Part shown: piece by piece, positions 1-9,996 of the stretch
Position numbering within the stretch: the stretch's first letter is position 1
Layout of the letters: each line of letters starts with the position of its first letter
Virus record (IMG/VR): IMGVR_UViG_3300046786_000486
Location: 1-63,076 of that record
DNA from: a virus
Lineage: Duplodnaviria; Caudoviricetes
DNA length: 63,076 bases
Strand: one strand, 5' to 3'
Position numbers and translations under genes: made by a program
The notes under the pieces: generated by a model
The model's database searches: none
What the model saw: the letters and a program-made list of their open reading frames with translations, nothing else
Told to the model about the DNA's origin: nothing

Positions 1-127
1 GCCGATGCGTGATTACCCCATCCGTAAGCTGTATTCCAGTTACTGATATTAGTAGAAGAGATTCCAAACGCAGCCGATGCTGTAAATACAGGGTCTGTTT
101 CGCTAGGTGTAGTATATGAAATAATAC
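1..127. repeat. Terminal overlap, left copy (circular assembly)
   Basis: Bases 1-127 are identical to 62950-63076, and a reading frame runs through the join. Confidence 0.95.
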
Positions 128-1622
128 CTGTTCCAGAATCATAAGACAAGCTACCCGATACAGAGATTGCAGAACGAGAACGAGTATTTGTGAAGTATAA
201 ATTACCACTTTCAGGAACTGCGCCTGTATTTAATGTAGCTAAAGCTCCAGCTCCAGTAATGTATTGGAGCGGATTACCTGTAGCTGAAATATTAATTACT
301 CCACTAGTTGTTACAGGAGAATTACTAACCGTAAAAGCAGAAGGAACTGAAATTCCAATACTTGTTACCGTACCTGTATTTGCACCAGCAGCTATACCGT
401 CGAGTTTTGACTTGTCAGCCGCGCTCATCGCTCCAGATGTACTTGATGTCGCCGCAGCTAGAGAAAGTACCTGAGAAGCCAAAGAAAGACCATTTGACGT
501 ACCAATGGTTACAGCATTATGGAAGCGCGAATCATTTCCTTGCGCAAATGTGTTAATAGCTGTACCAAATGTAGGCGTATATGTGACTAAATTATTAGAA
601 ACACCAATAGTTAATGCTGGATTACCTGAAGACAATGTAAGAATACTTCCAAGTGGTATTTGGTCAGTATTCGTTCCGTCAGATATACTAAACGAGTTTG
701 AGCCCGTAGAAGCAAGTTCAAACGGAAGCATTCTTGTTAGCTGTGGAGTATATGATGTGCTATAAGGCTCAAGGATAGATAATAACTCTCTTAATATAGG
801 CTCCGAGCCATCTTGCGTAGAAGTCTCGTATCTTGTGATTATGTGGGTATATAGAGCTATTACTAAATCATATTGCTCGCTTAATAAATTAAACTGAGTA
901 TCATTTTTGTCTTTATATCCATCTATGAGCTCTCTATAGTTATTTATCTTCTGAACTAACTCAAGTTGAGTTGGGCACTTCTTTATTAAGAATGTTTTTG
1001 TGAATAACTCAATGTATTGAATAGTAATTCGGCTATCGCTCGAGTGTGTATAGTTTACAGTTACATCTGAAGATGGATTATAAGTCCCGTCATAATATTT
1101 GCCAGAACTAACAATATCAATCGTGTTAGATGATACGGTGGATACAGCTGAATTACCAGCAGCCTCTGAAGTAGATGGGAATGACGCAGAAAGTGTTCTA
1201 TTTAAAGTACCAGTAAAACTTCCTATTGGCGAGTAAGATGCGTTGTCCTTGAATTTTACTTCAGGTATCAGTACATCCGACAAGTTTAATATAGAATTAG
1301 TTGGCTTAGCCCAATTGAAATCAAAGGATATTTGAGCGCTCTTTTCTGCAGACGCATTGTCTATAGCAACAAAGTCTATCTTATAGTTGCCAGTAATAAT
1401 ATTATTATTGGTATCTAATACAGCCGCAATATCAATAAATGCGCCAGGCGATGTTAAATCTGGGCTAGTAAAGTCTGTTTTTATTCTTGTGGACCCGTCT
1501 GGGAAAGTAACAGAAAAGTTACCTTTTGTTAATACAAAGTCTGTTACAGTATGCGTGAGCCGTAAAACTCTAGTCTGAGTCTTTTCGTTTACAATAAACT
1601 TTATGCTGAAATTTGCTGGCAT
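1..1622 (-). CDS. 5' part of the long tail fibre gene; continues across the origin into 62949-60123 (about 1482 aa in total)
   Basis: ATG at 1622 (MPANFSIKFIVNEKTQ...) is open to base 1 (...NWNTAYGWGNHAS) and joins ORF 60123..62942 in frame. It is missing from the ORF track. Confidence 0.88.
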   Translation of the reverse strand, partial: MPANFSIKFIVNEKTQTRVLRLTHTVTDFVLTKGNFSVTFPDGSTRIKTDFTSPDLTSPGAFIDIAAVLDTNNNIITGNYKIDFVAIDNASAEKSAQISFDFNWAKPTNSILNLSDVLIPEVKFKDNASYSPIGSFTGTLNRTLSASFPSTSEAAGNSAVSTVSSNTIDIVSSGKYYDGTYNPSSDVTVNYTHSSDSRITIQYIELFTKTFLIKKCPTQLELVQKINNYRELIDGYKDKNDTQFNLLSEQYDLVIALYTHIITRYETSTQDGSEPILRELLSILEPYSTSYTPQLTRMLPFELASTGSNSFSISDGTNTDQIPLGSILTLSSGNPALTIGVSNNLVTYTPTFGTAINTFAQGNDSRFHNAVTIGTSNGLSLASQVLSLAAATSSTSGAMSAADKSKLDGIAAGANTGTVTSIGISVPSAFTVSNSPVTTSGVINISATGNPLQYITGAGALATLNTGAVPESGNLYFTNTRSRSAISVSGSLSYDSGTGIISYTTPSETDPVFTASAAFGISSTNISNWNTAYGWGNHAS

Positions 1623-1646
1623 CTCGAAGCTATTCTATGTTTGTCC

Positions 1647-1654
1647 CAAAGATA
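1647..1654 (-). promoter_or_regulatory. Bacteroidota -7 promoter element (TATCTTTG)
   Basis: Matches TAnnTTTG, about 25 nt upstream of the fibre ATG. Confidence 0.65.
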
Positions 1655-1668
1655 CTATATTTTATTAT

Positions 1669-1698
1669 AAAAAAAGAAAGGAGGGCAATATGCCCTCC
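1669..1698 (-). terminator. Intrinsic terminator
   Basis: GGAGGGCA/TGCCCTCC stem followed by a T-run on the minus strand. Confidence 0.8.
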
Positions 1699-1731
1699 CT
1701 CTTTACAACCGAAACCAAACAATCTATCCTG

Positions 1732-2556
1732 TTAACGGATTTCCCCTAAACGGGTCTTGATGGATTGAATCTCATCTGGATTGTTTTCTTCTAGGTATTC
1801 GGCTAACTCTCTAACATAATTCTTGCCAGCGGCTTTCTTATATTTAAAGATTTCCTTTCCTGTCTCTGACCACTCAAATTGGCTAGCAGCAGTATTATTC
1901 TTAATATAGCCTTGCTTGATAGCTTCTTTTAACGAAGCCTCTGTACTAATAGAAGCGCGCTCTAAAACTTCTAAGAAGTCTTCTGGGCAATCTCCCGCAT
2001 AGTCTTCTAGGCTATTTCTGATTTCTTCAATAGAAGAAGCATCAATTCCTAGGGCCGAAGCAACTTCTTTTGCAGTTTGGTCATCTAAATCTAGCGCTTT
2101 ATTAACGGCCTTAACGATTAATTTACGCATAGCACGCTCATTAATAGCATCTTTCTTAGTATCAATTCGCTGAAATAATGGTTCAACTTCTTGATTGCGA
2201 CTTTCATTAGACAAGTTGTAGTTGCATAATTCCATAAATTGGAACATACGCTGGTCTGCTGGATTGTTTCCATTTAAGAAGACATATCCCATATTTCGAC
2301 CTTCAAAAATAATGCTTTCGAAGATTGGGTCCCCATCATTCTTTGTACGTTGAATACAAGCAATTGTAACGAAGTCTTTTTTAGATTCGTCCCAAATAAT
2401 ATCAGTTGATGGAATTTGCAAGGCAGCTGGAATGATAAACTTATTATAGTTATCTGGGTCTGGCTTTACATTTAAAATTCGATAGGTAGCTCGCTCGTTT
2501 GGTTTTAATCGGCGAGACATTGTAGATGAGAACAGATTATACTCTGATGCTTTCAT
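1732..2556 (-). CDS. Hypothetical protein downstream of the major capsid gene (probably head-associated)
   Basis: 274-aa ORF with a clear leader; function inferred from position only. Confidence 0.6.
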   Translation of the reverse strand: MKASEYNLFSSTMSRRLKPNERATYRILNVKPDPDNYNKFIIPAALQIPSTDIIWDESKKDFVTIACIQRTKNDGDPIFESIIFEGRNMGYVFLNGNNPADQRMFQFMELCNYNLSNESRNQEVEPLFQRIDTKKDAINERAMRKLIVKAVNKALDLDDQTAKEVASALGIDASSIEEIRNSLEDYAGDCPEDFLEVLERASISTEASLKEAIKQGYIKNNTAASQFEWSETGKEIFKYKKAAGKNYVRELAEYLEENNPDEIQSIKTRLGEIR

Positions 2557-2583
2557 ATTTTTTGATTTTGTTTGGTTTAAATT

Positions 2584-2614
2584 AAAATAAAGGAGGAGAT
2601 TTCTCTCCCCCTTT
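2584..2614 (-). terminator. Terminator/attenuator after the capsid gene
   Basis: AAAGGGGGAGA-GAAA-TCTCCTCCTTT-ATTTT on the minus strand. Confidence 0.7.
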
Positions 2615-2622
2615 AAGTTTTA

Positions 2623-3951
2623 CTAGATTTCGTACTTCACGAAATGCTCTGCACCTACAACTTGTAGACCTTCGATTGAAGTGTAAACAATGTCTAAAGT
2701 GTCAGTATCGCTAGTTGGAATAGGAGCTAAACCACCTAACATTTTTTCGCGGAAACGAGAGTTGCCACCTTCTGGGAACTCAAGGTAACGAATCATCATA
2801 CGGTCTAACATACCACCACCTTGCTCGGTTTTGATTTTGTTAGCTGGTACTAAATATGCTTCGTCAACGAATTGAGTGTAACCTGCAGCAGCAGCTACTT
2901 GTGGGTGAGACAACGCGTTCAAACGCTTCTTGTGGAATGTACGTCCGAATACTTTCAATGAATCAATTCCCAAAGCCAAAGCTTTTTCTTTGCTTCCACC
3001 GAATGCACCGTATTGGATACCACCGTTAACGAATTGAGTGATTGCAGTTAAATCTGAATCAAATTCGTTATCAAAGTCAGCACCAGCCCACAAGAAATAC
3101 TCTGAAGGACAACGAGAAGCATCCATCAAACGAGATAAAGCTTTCAAGTCATCTAAAGAGATAGTATTTGCAGAAGCTGTTGCAGAAGAAATACCACCAC
3201 CATTAACGATTGTGTCACGAAGACCACGAGTTGTATTAACTGCGTTACCAGCAGCATCAGTCAAGCCTGCAGACTCACGTCCGAACAAGATTGAATATAA
3301 TACGTCCATACGGTGCTTCAAATACGCATCGTGTTGTTGCTTTAAGAAGTAGTAAGGCTTGCCTTTGAAGTCAACTTCAATCTTAGAACCGTGAGCGATA
3401 TCTGTGATAGATGTCTTAGTTTTGAAGATTTGAAGCTTGTTAGAACGCTTAATCAAGTTGCTCTTACGCATCTTGTTTGAACCTGTTCCTTCTGCGTATG
3501 CGTTAGAGAAGAAAGATAATTTATCTCCATCTGTAACAGCAGGGATAATGTCACCTGAGTTTACTGGCTTAACAGTCAAAACTGGGTCAGTATCAGAAGA
3601 TACTGCAGAAATGAAACCAACAACTCCGTTAGGGAACAATACCAACTCATTAACCAAAGGAGTAACTCCTTCGTCTGATTCTAATACGATAGATGCAGAA
3701 GCACCAGCAGAACCAGCTGTAGTAGTGGTCTTAACTGAAGCAGTTGCATATAAGAAATCGTTAACAACGTGGAAGAACTCAGTCTGAGCAGCAGCTTTCG
3801 CGCGACCAGTCCAGTCCATCACGTCTAACATCGACGTTTCCTCATCATATAAATCCAAAACATCTTTCAAGATGTCGCGTTGCTCTAATGTGTTAGAGAA
3901 CGTTACTGTTGACAAAAAACTTCTGTCAATATTACCAGCACCTATTGCCAT
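2623..3951 (-). CDS. Major capsid protein
   Basis: 442 aa; follows portal and an acidic scaffold; has N-x-x-Q-I-F-K and TRGL segments typical of HK97-fold capsids; followed by a terminator. Confidence 0.82.
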   Translation of the reverse strand: MAIGAGNIDRSFLSTVTFSNTLEQRDILKDVLDLYDEETSMLDVMDWTGRAKAAAQTEFFHVVNDFLYATASVKTTTTAGSAGASASIVLESDEGVTPLVNELVLFPNGVVGFISAVSSDTDPVLTVKPVNSGDIIPAVTDGDKLSFFSNAYAEGTGSNKMRKSNLIKRSNKLQIFKTKTSITDIAHGSKIEVDFKGKPYYFLKQQHDAYLKHRMDVLYSILFGRESAGLTDAAGNAVNTTRGLRDTIVNGGGISSATASANTISLDDLKALSRLMDASRCPSEYFLWAGADFDNEFDSDLTAITQFVNGGIQYGAFGGSKEKALALGIDSLKVFGRTFHKKRLNALSHPQVAAAAGYTQFVDEAYLVPANKIKTEQGGGMLDRMMIRYLEFPEGGNSRFREKMLGGLAPIPTSDTDTLDIVYTSIEGLQVVGAEHFVKYEI

Positions 3952-3977
3952 TGTAGTAAATGTTTAAAAATTAAAAG

Positions 3978-5048
3978 CTATTTTTTTACTTTCATAGCTC
4001 TTAAGAACTCAATCGGGTTTTCGTGAGGGTGGTCAAACTCTGGGTCTAGCATCGCCTCTCTCGATTTGTTCATTGGAGCTACGTTTTTCAACTCAGCTTC
4101 CATTGCCTTTCTGCCTAACGATTTACCGTGTTTAATTAACTCTGAAGTAAATAGAGTCGGGTTTTCTGCAAAAGCAACAACCTTGGTCCACTTCTCCCAA
4201 TCAATCTGTCCATCTTTGGCGAAAGTCGATAAAAACTTCGCTGAATCTAGCGCATAATCAACAACAATATCTTTGTTTGGAATTTGGTAATTTATTCCAT
4301 CACCATTTGCCTCTACTTTGATGTAGTTGTCTTTTATAACACTAGAGATTCCGCTTTCTACAGCTTTTCTGGCTTCTACGCGCTTGGCCTCAAGCTCTTC
4401 TTGCGAAATCTGTGATTCTTGCGATTCTTCTGGCTTAATGCTTGACAAGAACTGCTCACGCTGCTCTTTAAGTTCGGCTCTAATTTTGCTCGCATCTCGC
4501 TTAAGCAAAGCTTGTCCTACCTCCAAATCATCTTCGTCATAAGAATCTATATTATACTTTTCAAGTTGACGTTCGAATAACTTTGCTCTGGCTTTCTCGC
4601 TTAAGTCAGCATTTTCCTTGTCGAATTGCTTTCTTAAGATATCGATGTCGTCCATTGCATCGTAATCCGTGTTCGTTTCTTCTAAATAGGGCGAAAGAGT
4701 TCCATACTTCTCGTAATACTCTACCGCCTTCTTAATGAAGTCGTCCTTGAATTTATATTCAGAAACAGTCACCGCAGGCTCATCAGTAGTTTCCACTGAA
4801 TTGCTACCTTCGTCGGCAGCCGCATCAGCTTTATTCTCAAATGATTCCACAGACTCTTCTGTTCCTTCATATTCATCGTTAACACCACCCGTATCCACAT
4901 CTTCCTGTGAATCAGTATTTGGCGTATCTTCAAATGCAGTGTCATCTGCTGCCGAATCATATCCTGTGTTATCAGAATCTGTCGGCTCACTTGTTTCATA
5001 AGCAGACGGCTTATCCATCAGCTCATCTAAATTAATAGGCTCTGCCAT
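3978..5048 (-). CDS. Scaffolding protein
   Basis: Very acidic N-terminus and coiled coil; lies between portal and capsid. Confidence 0.7.
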   Translation of the reverse strand: MAEPINLDELMDKPSAYETSEPTDSDNTGYDSAADDTAFEDTPNTDSQEDVDTGGVNDEYEGTEESVESFENKADAAADEGSNSVETTDEPAVTVSEYKFKDDFIKKAVEYYEKYGTLSPYLEETNTDYDAMDDIDILRKQFDKENADLSEKARAKLFERQLEKYNIDSYDEDDLEVGQALLKRDASKIRAELKEQREQFLSSIKPEESQESQISQEELEAKRVEARKAVESGISSVIKDNYIKVEANGDGINYQIPNKDIVVDYALDSAKFLSTFAKDGQIDWEKWTKVVAFAENPTLFTSELIKHGKSLGRKAMEAELKNVAPMNKSREAMLDPEFDHPHENPIEFLRAMKVKK

Positions 5049-5070
5049 TTTATTGTTTGGTTTAATTGCA

Positions 5071-5078
5071 CAAATCTA
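5071..5078 (-). promoter_or_regulatory. Bacteroidota -7 promoter element (TAGATTTG)
   Basis: TAnnTTTG upstream of the scaffold/capsid genes. Confidence 0.6.
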
Positions 5079-5082
5079 TAAA

Positions 5083-7380
5083 CTATTTTTTAGATTTTCC
5101 TACATCCATCATAGATTTCTTCATTTCCGCGATATATTCACGAGAAGAAGCCTCTATTCTGGCTGCATCAACCTTTTTACTAGCTTTCATTTCTTCAATC
5201 TGAGCTTCTTGATTAAGCTTTGCTAACATAATCTGCATATCAAGCTCTTTTTCCTTTTGAAGTACCAATAATTTAGCCTCAGTTTCTATTTGAATTGTCT
5301 GCTGCTTAGCTTGCTCTGCTACCAAAGCAGATTCTTGCTGTACTTTAGCATTCATTTCCTGAGCTTCAAGTGAACGCTTCTGAACATCTTCTTGGTTCTT
5401 CTTTATTCTGTAAGCAAGCATTAATTCAGCATATTTCATATTATCAAGTCTTTCAACCATCATAGCGTCAGCTAAAGTGATTTGACCTGATTGGATTGCT
5501 TGCTCTACTCGCCTAGCTAGTTTTTCTTTCTCAAATTCGGTGGGCTTAGATGTAATAGAAAGCCCAAGTTCGTATGCTGAAATACTTGGGTCTAACTTAA
5601 AGAACTCAACAGATGAGCTTCCTATAGAGCGAATATACCCTTTAATATTACCATACTCTGCTGAATCTTGAATACGAATCATTAAGCTATAAGACAAACG
5701 CTCAATGAGGCCGCGAACAGCACGCTTAATAAAGTCTAATGAGTTATTTGTTGACTCAGAAGCGTATTTAGCCACACCATTTAGTGTACGCGGGTCTGGT
5801 GTAGAGCCATCTGTAATCTCATTGAATCCAATAATCTCACGCAACAATTGAATATTTTGATTAATGATATTAAAATATTGAGTTGCCTCATTACCAATAC
5901 CGTTATCAAGTTCTTCAATTGGCTTATAGTTACTTGCTTGCCCTTGGTCATCTAATCTACGATACACCAAGTTACCAGTTTGATTATATAAGTCAATAAT
6001 CTCCATTGGCTTTAAAGCCTGGCCTCCGCGTCCAAGTGGAACATTTTCCAATGCACCAAGCTCAATCATAATACCGCGAGGACGCGCTCTTAAGATTACG
6101 TTCTGCAACTTATACCAAGCTATTTGAATTTGGTCTGCAATTGGCTTCATTTGTTGGCCAATTGAGTAAGTTGACATCTGATAAATATCAGGGGCTGCTA
6201 CGTGGTAGCTTAGCATAGCATCTGTCATAGAGTTCTTTGCACGCTTCATATTTGTTTGAAGCTCGCAATCGAAGAATATATCGCTATCTACAACCCATTT
6301 ACCTTGATAAACTACCTTGTAATCTGTTTTTGTATATTTTTTGTCGCTACGGTTAGCTTTCGCTTTTGCAGCCCTTCCTACAACCACATTGCCCTTAGAG
6401 TTAATTCTCTCTTCTAGTATAATACTATTAGTCGAAAAGAACTCTAAGTCAAGAACTTTAACGCGGAACCCATCATAGTTTCTTTCGTAATCATTGTTTA
6501 CGTCTTTCAAAACTCCTGGGTTTCCAATTTTGCCAACATATTTCTTTGCAATACTTTCGTACTCCATTTCAGATATCTGATTTCCAGCAATATCTTTTAA
6601 GTCGGCAATTGTCATCTCAACTACTTCTCCAATATATTGTACGTCCTCAAACGTAGGAGATGTAGAATAAGACATAATCATATTCGCTGGATTCACGCGG
6701 CGGATTTTGATTGTTCCTGCTGCGTCAAACAAATCTTTTGTGCAGCAGATTCCGTAGTCGTGAGTATCCTGAATTAATATATCTCTTATTGAATCAAAAT
6801 TATTCTGCGTATTTACAACTTCGATAGCCTGCTCCATTTCGGTAGCCATACGATGTTTGTAAGAATACTCCATATACATATCTAGCTCCTTAATAGTGGC
6901 CAAATCAGCATCTGGAGGAGGAATCATATCTTTATCAAGACCCTGCTTTTCAAACTCTTGACGCAAGGCGATTCTTGCAGCGTTATCTGCATAGAATTTA
7001 TCCTTATCATCTTGCGCAAGCGGGTCAATTGCGTCAATGTCAATTGTGTAGTCTGCCTTAGATAAAGTAGCGATTGCTATACGTCTGAACTTAGGAATAA
7101 TAGGAAGGATATCCCAGTTGATATTTACCCAGGAGCTATCTCCGTTAGCAGCATCTCTTGGGGATAATAATTTACGATATTTATTTGTCGATTGCTTACC
7201 AAGCATATACATCTTGGTCTCGTGGTAAGACTCGCGACCATTGTAAAGTTGATTAGGATAATACTTTGTGAAGTCATCCCAGGCAGCCTTTATGTATTGG
7301 CTAATCCAAGCTTTTCCTTTGTTTCTTGAATCTTCAAGGTGGCTAGGAAAGCCGCTAGGTAATTTGTCGTTATTATTCAT
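5083..7380 (-). CDS. Portal protein
   Basis: 765 aa after TerL; NWDILPIIPKF and IDAIDP segments; long C-terminal coiled coil (podovirus barrel). Confidence 0.85.
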   Translation of the reverse strand: MNNNDKLPSGFPSHLEDSRNKGKAWISQYIKAAWDDFTKYYPNQLYNGRESYHETKMYMLGKQSTNKYRKLLSPRDAANGDSSWVNINWDILPIIPKFRRIAIATLSKADYTIDIDAIDPLAQDDKDKFYADNAARIALRQEFEKQGLDKDMIPPPDADLATIKELDMYMEYSYKHRMATEMEQAIEVVNTQNNFDSIRDILIQDTHDYGICCTKDLFDAAGTIKIRRVNPANMIMSYSTSPTFEDVQYIGEVVEMTIADLKDIAGNQISEMEYESIAKKYVGKIGNPGVLKDVNNDYERNYDGFRVKVLDLEFFSTNSIILEERINSKGNVVVGRAAKAKANRSDKKYTKTDYKVVYQGKWVVDSDIFFDCELQTNMKRAKNSMTDAMLSYHVAAPDIYQMSTYSIGQQMKPIADQIQIAWYKLQNVILRARPRGIMIELGALENVPLGRGGQALKPMEIIDLYNQTGNLVYRRLDDQGQASNYKPIEELDNGIGNEATQYFNIINQNIQLLREIIGFNEITDGSTPDPRTLNGVAKYASESTNNSLDFIKRAVRGLIERLSYSLMIRIQDSAEYGNIKGYIRSIGSSSVEFFKLDPSISAYELGLSITSKPTEFEKEKLARRVEQAIQSGQITLADAMMVERLDNMKYAELMLAYRIKKNQEDVQKRSLEAQEMNAKVQQESALVAEQAKQQTIQIETEAKLLVLQKEKELDMQIMLAKLNQEAQIEEMKASKKVDAARIEASSREYIAEMKKSMMDVGKSKK

Positions 7381-7385
7381 AATTA

Positions 7386-9392
7386 TTACAGGAATATCTC
7401 CCTTACGTCAAACATTGTTTTCTTTTGTTCAATCTTCTGCGCGAACTTAGAGTTGCCTGCTAATATCAACGTGTAGCCACTCGCCATCGCCGCATCAAAT
7501 TTAGTGGTTTTATTTATATTAAACTCTAACCAGTCTTTCAAAAGATTCTTAAATATAACCTTTTCAATGTTCTCTTCAATATATGCCTCTGTCTGCTCAG
7601 CAATCTCTTGGTGAGTCTTTTGGGAGGCGGATATGCCATACTTGCTCGCATTGGGCATTTTATACAAGAATTTCTCGTATCCTCTACGTTCAAAATATTT
7701 TATTAACCCAATCTTTTGGTCCTCAGCAAGCATTTGGCACCCAAAGAAATGAACTAACTTAATCATATCTTCGTAGAATATATCAGCCTGTTGTGGGCGA
7801 TTAATATATTCTACTAAAAAAGTTTCACTAAGCTCGTCTACGGAACTATACCTGTGATAAACATAGGCTGCTCCATTAGACCTCTCCTTTGAAACAGTAT
7901 TGTCGTGGTCATAGGGGTCGACGCCAAGCGCGTACTTATTATTAGCTTTCGGTGCCTTCTTTGTCCCATACTGAGCAACTTGATTATAAAAGCTATCATC
8001 AAGCACATTAGCCTTCTTATGTACTAAAAACTTTCCATTAGAAGTTTGCTTGAACACAACTCTTGTATCGCGCTCTCCTTTATCCCAAACAAATTCTCCG
8101 CGCAAATATAACTCTTTTTCATCAACCCACGACACCGATTCCATTTGCTTATTAATTTTAAGCGCATCGTACAAGCAAGACTCTCCTTCCGAGAAGAACG
8201 CTTCCTCAATAGTAAATGGGTTTTTACGGATATATGATGCTAAAGCGCGCGGGTCATCTTCTAATCCAGCTCTTTCATTTAGGTACTCTACTTTCGCCTT
8301 CTCTTCGTCTGGATATCCATATTGGTCATAGTACAATGTTTTGTACGCTGGCATAAAATATCTGTATAGTCCAGAACGCGTCTTGCCGTTGCTATTCCTA
8401 TTTGACTGGTCTGAGGCCATCCATAGTTTCTTAAATGCCTCTCCCCCATCTTCCATTTCCTCGACGGTAGTCGTGTAAAGACATTTGCCAATGATATTCT
8501 CATCCTGCATCATACAGAACTGAACGACTTGGTGGCGCTCATATACGTCAACAGACTTTGTTTTTCCAGCCTCGTCTCCTAAGTATCGGTGCAACTTCGT
8601 TCCGTCATACGCAAACTTGTCGGCTGATTTAAAAGTAATCTGCGACTCAAGTTCAATCTTCTTGTCAAATATATCTCCTACGGCGCCGCGCTTATTAGTC
8701 TTAAAGAAACGCAACTCCGATTTAGGAGTAAGACCTTTTTCCGTATCATATATCGGAACAAAGAAATCGGGCAGGTATTTAAACGGCATAACAATACCCT
8801 TTGAAAACACGTTGTCCCTTGCATCTTCGTAAGTCTTAGATTGAATACCTGCATTCTTATTCTTACTCCTAGAAGTAAGTTCAAACAAAAATGCACCAGC
8901 ACGCATAGTCTTACCTTGACGACGCTTTGTTACCTCAATCATTCCTAAGCACTTAGGGTCCTGTACGCAGTACTCTAGGAAATAAAAGAAATGCAAATCA
9001 GTTATACGGAAGTGTGGATACCCGACATCTATCTTCCAATGCACCAAATAAAAATAGTGTAAACCAGTAATATAAGTAGGTACACCATTGTTGTAAAACC
9101 AATAACCGTTAAGCCTTCTATCCCACTCTTGATTGCGGTAAGCTTGGAGTTCTGGGTTGTAGTAGTCTGGGTCCGTTTTTTGCGCAATAATCTCTTTTTT
9201 TCGCTTAGCTTCATAATTTTCTGGAGGAGTCGGTCTTTCCCAATATTGATTTTCTTTTTTAGCAGAGCGCTTCAATATGTCTCTTTTCTCCCAGGCACCT
9301 GTCATAACATTGTACACCGTCCCACTAGGAGGTATAGTTACAACTATCCCATTTATATTAAGCTTACTTCCGTACCTGTGCTCTCTGTACAT
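7386..9392 (-). CDS. terL: Terminase large subunit
   Basis: KRRQGKT Walker A, GDEAGK Walker B, and GVDPYD and KFDAAMASG nuclease motifs. Confidence 0.92.
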   Translation of the reverse strand: MYREHRYGSKLNINGIVVTIPPSGTVYNVMTGAWEKRDILKRSAKKENQYWERPTPPENYEAKRKKEIIAQKTDPDYYNPELQAYRNQEWDRRLNGYWFYNNGVPTYITGLHYFYLVHWKIDVGYPHFRITDLHFFYFLEYCVQDPKCLGMIEVTKRRQGKTMRAGAFLFELTSRSKNKNAGIQSKTYEDARDNVFSKGIVMPFKYLPDFFVPIYDTEKGLTPKSELRFFKTNKRGAVGDIFDKKIELESQITFKSADKFAYDGTKLHRYLGDEAGKTKSVDVYERHQVVQFCMMQDENIIGKCLYTTTVEEMEDGGEAFKKLWMASDQSNRNSNGKTRSGLYRYFMPAYKTLYYDQYGYPDEEKAKVEYLNERAGLEDDPRALASYIRKNPFTIEEAFFSEGESCLYDALKINKQMESVSWVDEKELYLRGEFVWDKGERDTRVVFKQTSNGKFLVHKKANVLDDSFYNQVAQYGTKKAPKANNKYALGVDPYDHDNTVSKERSNGAAYVYHRYSSVDELSETFLVEYINRPQQADIFYEDMIKLVHFFGCQMLAEDQKIGLIKYFERRGYEKFLYKMPNASKYGISASQKTHQEIAEQTEAYIEENIEKVIFKNLLKDWLEFNINKTTKFDAAMASGYTLILAGNSKFAQKIEQKKTMFDVREIFL

Positions 9393-9393
9393 A

Positions 9394-9954
9394 TTAAATA
9401 TTAGCTATGCTTTCTGGTGTAAAATTAATAACATCGTCCTTCTTATCTAGATTGTCTCCAAATAACTTTGCCTCATAAGATTCTATTCTTTTAATAATTG
9501 CATCACACTCTGCCATAAGCTTAGATTTAATCTCGAGCGCCTGCAACTTACCTTTATCGTCCTTGAAGTTTTCAATCGGATTTAAAAGTTCTTGTTGGTA
9601 CTGCCACAATACCTCCTCGTTGGCTGCGAGAACAGCCCATATCTTCGACGATTGGGAGCGTATGTAGGCATTGACATAGCCCACTACTTTTTTGTCGCTT
9701 AGATTAAAGATTTCTTCTGTCTCACCCTTTAGCCCAGCAAGCTCTGCACACTCTTGTTTTCTCTCAAGAATGTCAGACACCTTGACTCTTATAGGAGAGC
9801 GCTGGTCATAAAGTAAAGCTATGTAGCGGATAACCTCCTCTTCAGAATTAGGCTGCTTGCCAAATATACGTATGGTAGCAGGCTTCTTAAGGAAGTCTTT
9901 TTCAAAAACGGGTACCATTAAGTTCTTGAAATCTGATTCTGTAAATAGTCCCAT
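9394..9954 (-). CDS. Putative terminase small subunit
   Basis: 186-aa helical protein immediately upstream of terL; positional inference. Confidence 0.5.
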   Translation of the reverse strand: MGLFTESDFKNLMVPVFEKDFLKKPATIRIFGKQPNSEEEVIRYIALLYDQRSPIRVKVSDILERKQECAELAGLKGETEEIFNLSDKKVVGYVNAYIRSQSSKIWAVLAANEEVLWQYQQELLNPIENFKDDKGKLQALEIKSKLMAECDAIIKRIESYEAKLFGDNLDKKDDVINFTPESIANI

Positions 9955-9970
9955 AATAGTTTCTGTTTTA

Positions 9971-9996
9971 GCAGCGGCGGGCGAGGCAGCGGCGGG
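9971..9996. repeat. GC-rich direct repeat GCAGCGGCGGG x2
   Basis: Copies at 9971-9981 and 9986-9996 in an AT-rich intergenic region. Confidence 0.8.

Noticed and set aside
1-127. 127-bp terminal repeat as a biological DTR
   Set aside because: It lies in the middle of a gene and its length equals a common assembler k-mer, so it is best read as a circular-assembly overlap.
190-1578. Plus-strand ORFs here, and similar antisense ORFs across the late arm
   Set aside because: They are shadows of long minus-strand genes and have no leaders or motifs.
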